From an uncultured virus (IMG/VR IMGVR_UViG_3300020325_000007) (lineage: Duplodnaviria > Heunggongvirae > Uroviricota > Caudoviricetes): a stretch of 59,227 nucleotides of DNA. The stretch lies in IMG/VR virus record IMGVR_UViG_3300020325_000007; one strand, 5' to 3'. This document shows, piece by piece, positions 57,051-59,227 of the stretch. A program made the position numbers and the translations under genes. The notes below the pieces were generated by a model that was not told the DNA's origin, ran no database searches, and was given only the letters and a program-made list of their open reading frames with translations. Positions within the stretch are counted from its first letter, which is position 1. Each line of letters begins with the position of its first letter.

Positions 57051-57686
57051 ATGAAAAACAGATTAGATAATATAGACAAGTTATTAATGTTCGCATTATT
57101 GTATTTCCTATTTATGGGATTCGCAATGACAGTGAACGCACAAATCAAACACTATGACGGTGAGTTATATCATGTGGTTTATAGTGAGGATTATGAACAA
57201 CCTCTTCAAGTGACATATACAGTGATGTGTCCAACAGGTGAAATCAGTAGAAGTGGAATGGACTTTTGGAAACCAAAAGGATGGAAAACTTCAGACAATG
57301 ATGACTACAAAGCAAATGTATATGATAAAGGTCATATGGCACCAGCAGCGGCATTTAATTGTTTTGATAAAGAAACTTTGAGAGAAACGTTCAACTATCT
57401 GAATTGTGCACTTCAACATGAATCACTAAACAGAGGACCGTGGAAAGAACTCGAAAGATTTGAACGAGACTTATCCAAAGTATTTGAAACAGTAAAAGTA
57501 AATGTAACGGTACATTTTGACAATGAACCCGAGTATGTAGCAGGTGGAGCACTTATACCAAGTGGATTCACAAAACAAATATGGGCAGGTGAACACGAGT
57601 GGACATTTTACTTTGATAATATAAATTTAAAAGGTAGAGATTGGTCAGACTTTCAGATACCTAATATAAGACAGATAAACGACTAA
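57051..57686 (+). CDS. Secreted DNA/RNA non-specific endonuclease (NucA/EndoG family)
   Basis: YDKGHMAP, TF.Y.N..LQ...LNRG.W..LE; signal ending VNA|Q. Confidence 0.85.
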   Translation: MKNRLDNIDKLLMFALLYFLFMGFAMTVNAQIKHYDGELYHVVYSEDYEQPLQVTYTVMCPTGEISRSGMDFWKPKGWKTSDNDDYKANVYDKGHMAPAAAFNCFDKETLRETFNYLNCALQHESLNRGPWKELERFERDLSKVFETVKVNVTVHFDNEPEYVAGGALIPSGFTKQIWAGEHEWTFYFDNINLKGRDWSDFQIPNIRQIND

Positions 57687-57827
57687 TGTTTGACGAAACT
57701 TTTGTAACGAGAGTACTTTGGAATACCAATACAGAGAAAATGATAAAAGCAACAGAAATGATTTGCAAGATGTCACATAAGTATGATATTCCCGTTGACT
57801 ATAAACACCTCGGAATAATAGAGGACG

Positions 57828-58238
57828 ATGTACAAGATGAAGATAGTAGTTGGGGCATTAGTTGACGAAGATACTGTTCTAATTGGAAAAAGATTATCCA
57901 CGGATTCGGTTTGTCCTGATTTGTGGGAACTGCCAGGTGGTAAGATTGAGGAAGGTGAAACTCCGTATGACGCGATAATTCGTGAATGGAAAGAGGAGTT
58001 GGATATAGACATAAATGTATATTATTCAATACCCGAAAGAGAAGAAGACGGAGTAGAGTTTTATCCATATATAATCAAATATAAGAGTGGTAAACCTAAA
58101 CTCAATGCACATCAGAGTGTGAAATGGATTACGTTAAATGATATAAACAAATATCAGTTCACTCCATTAAGTAAAAAAACACTATATATAATAAAGGGTA
58201 GTTACGATTTATTTTTAACCAAAAAAGAGCAGGAGTAA
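57828..58238 (+). CDS. Nudix hydrolase (MutT-like)
   Basis: Nudix box GGKIEEGETPYDAIIREWKEEL. Confidence 0.88.
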   Translation: MYKMKIVVGALVDEDTVLIGKRLSTDSVCPDLWELPGGKIEEGETPYDAIIREWKEELDIDINVYYSIPEREEDGVEFYPYIIKYKSGKPKLNAHQSVKWITLNDINKYQFTPLSKKTLYIIKGSYDLFLTKKEQE

Positions 58239-58242
58239 AAAG

Positions 58243-58431
58243 GTGATTAAGAAGTTCATCAAAAAAACAGTAGGAAACAAAACAAAGTTATCAGAAGTAT
58301 CAAGTTCAATCGCGGAATCCGTGTTAGATGGTAATTGGTTATCGTTCAATTGTGAAAGACCGTATATACAATTTACGGAAGAGGATATGAAAGATATAAC
58401 CGATGAGTTAACCTCACGAACCGACCAATGA
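58243..58431 (+). CDS. Hypothetical protein
   Basis: GTG start with AGGAG upstream. Confidence 0.4.
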   Translation: MIKKFIKKTVGNKTKLSEVSSSIAESVLDGNWLSFNCERPYIQFTEEDMKDITDELTSRTDQ

Positions 58432-58529
58432 TACATCGACCCGCGGGAAGGGACGATTTCGTGTGTCTAAGAAAAATTTTGAGATAAACCCAAAATTGTT
58501 TCTATACGCGCATATAAATTAAAAGAGTT

Positions 58530-58733
58530 ATGAAGACCATTATAGTACACAAACCCAAAAGATGTAGAAACCCAAGGATTGAAGTATTCGATGACCACAT
58601 TGATAAAGTAAACAATGTGCGCTCAAAGAAGTATATTCCCGAGGGGACGGATATCCTTCAAATGGGTATGGGTGGTGAAAATCTCTTCAACACATATATA
58701 AAGAAATATAAAATCGATTCAACATGGAAATAA
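58530..58733 (+). CDS. Hypothetical protein
   Basis: ATG ORF in operonic arrangement. Confidence 0.5.
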   Translation: MKTIIVHKPKRCRNPRIEVFDDHIDKVNNVRSKKYIPEGTDILQMGMGGENLFNTYIKKYKIDSTWK

Positions 58734-59086
58734 AATCAATTAAAAAATTATCTAACGGTGATATCGAAATCACCAACGATAAAGGGTCAATTACGGTATC
58801 CACAACAAATCCCGTATATGAGGGATTAAGACTTCAATTTAATTCGTTGGGTATAAACACGGTGAATTGGGTCGGGAATCAGAGTAAATACAGTCCACTA
58901 AGAGAAACCGAAGAAACTCTACTATATGACGTAGAGGAAGGACAAATGAAAATTCCTTTCCCTAACGTGGATTATACGTCTTATCAAAAGGAAAAAGAAC
59001 TCGTATTCATTGGTTCAGAAGGACAGTATTGGACACAAAACTCTACTGAACCACCTGTATACTTTAATGAGGAGTGGAACAAATGA
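58724..59086 (+). CDS. Hypothetical protein
   Basis: ATG ORF overlapping both neighbours. Confidence 0.5.
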   Translation: MEIKSIKKLSNGDIEITNDKGSITVSTTNPVYEGLRLQFNSLGINTVNWVGNQSKYSPLRETEETLLYDVEEGQMKIPFPNVDYTSYQKEKELVFIGSEGQYWTQNSTEPPVYFNEEWNK

Positions 59087-59227
59087 GAAAGATAACTGTA
59101 GACCTACACGGTATAAGGCATGGTAACGTAGAAAAACTCTTAGAAAAACGTCTCCTGAACGGTAAAAAAGACTACCTAAGAACAGAGATAATTACAGGAA
59201 ACTCTGAGAGGATGAGAGAGATAGTAC
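59083..59227 (+). CDS. Smr-domain-like protein, 3' end outside the window
   Basis: MRKITVDLHG...EIITGNS. Confidence 0.65.
   Translation, partial: MRKITVDLHGIRHGNVEKLLEKRLLNGKKDYLRTEIITGNSERMREIV

Overview
A dense, AT-rich segment with essentially every credible gene on the + strand. It looks like part of a large lytic dsDNA phage with a T4-like replisome. The host is most likely Bacteroidota: TTTG-N20-TATATTWR promoters resemble the Bacteroidota -33/-7 consensus, signal peptides leave an N-terminal Gln, a lipoprotein carries a C-x-K-E-E export-like signal, and the ClpS is Bacteroidota-style. Layout: (1) 1-18 kb, recombination, replication and nucleotide metabolism (RecA/UvsX, 5'-3' exonuclease, helicase, NrdB/NrdA/Trx, family B polymerase, sliding clamp, clamp loader, PD-(D/E)XK nuclease), with a SAM methyltransferase, a GT-B glycosyltransferase and a DUF1599 protein inserted among the replisome genes. 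(2) 19-34.5 kb, a glycosylation island including an aldolase-KdsB fusion and a Maf/MptE-like protein. (3) 35-45 kb, lysis, envelope and probable virion-internal proteins. (4) 45-59 kb, oxygenase/sulfotransferase cassettes, probable early genes, GroES/GroEL/J-domain and small enzymes. The two strongest unexplained signals: the polymerase, methyltransferase and glycosyltransferase flanking the clamp gene all end in (N/Q)-x6-FF, suggesting clamp-tethered co-replicative DNA modification; and CYRG (CCAG/CTGG/CTAG/CCGG) is almost absent from the window except where a GC dinucleotide overlaps or lies within two bases, suggesting a GpC-centred protective DNA modification. No tRNA, rRNA, CRISPR array or IS element was seen. 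All family calls and counts were made by eye, with no database search.
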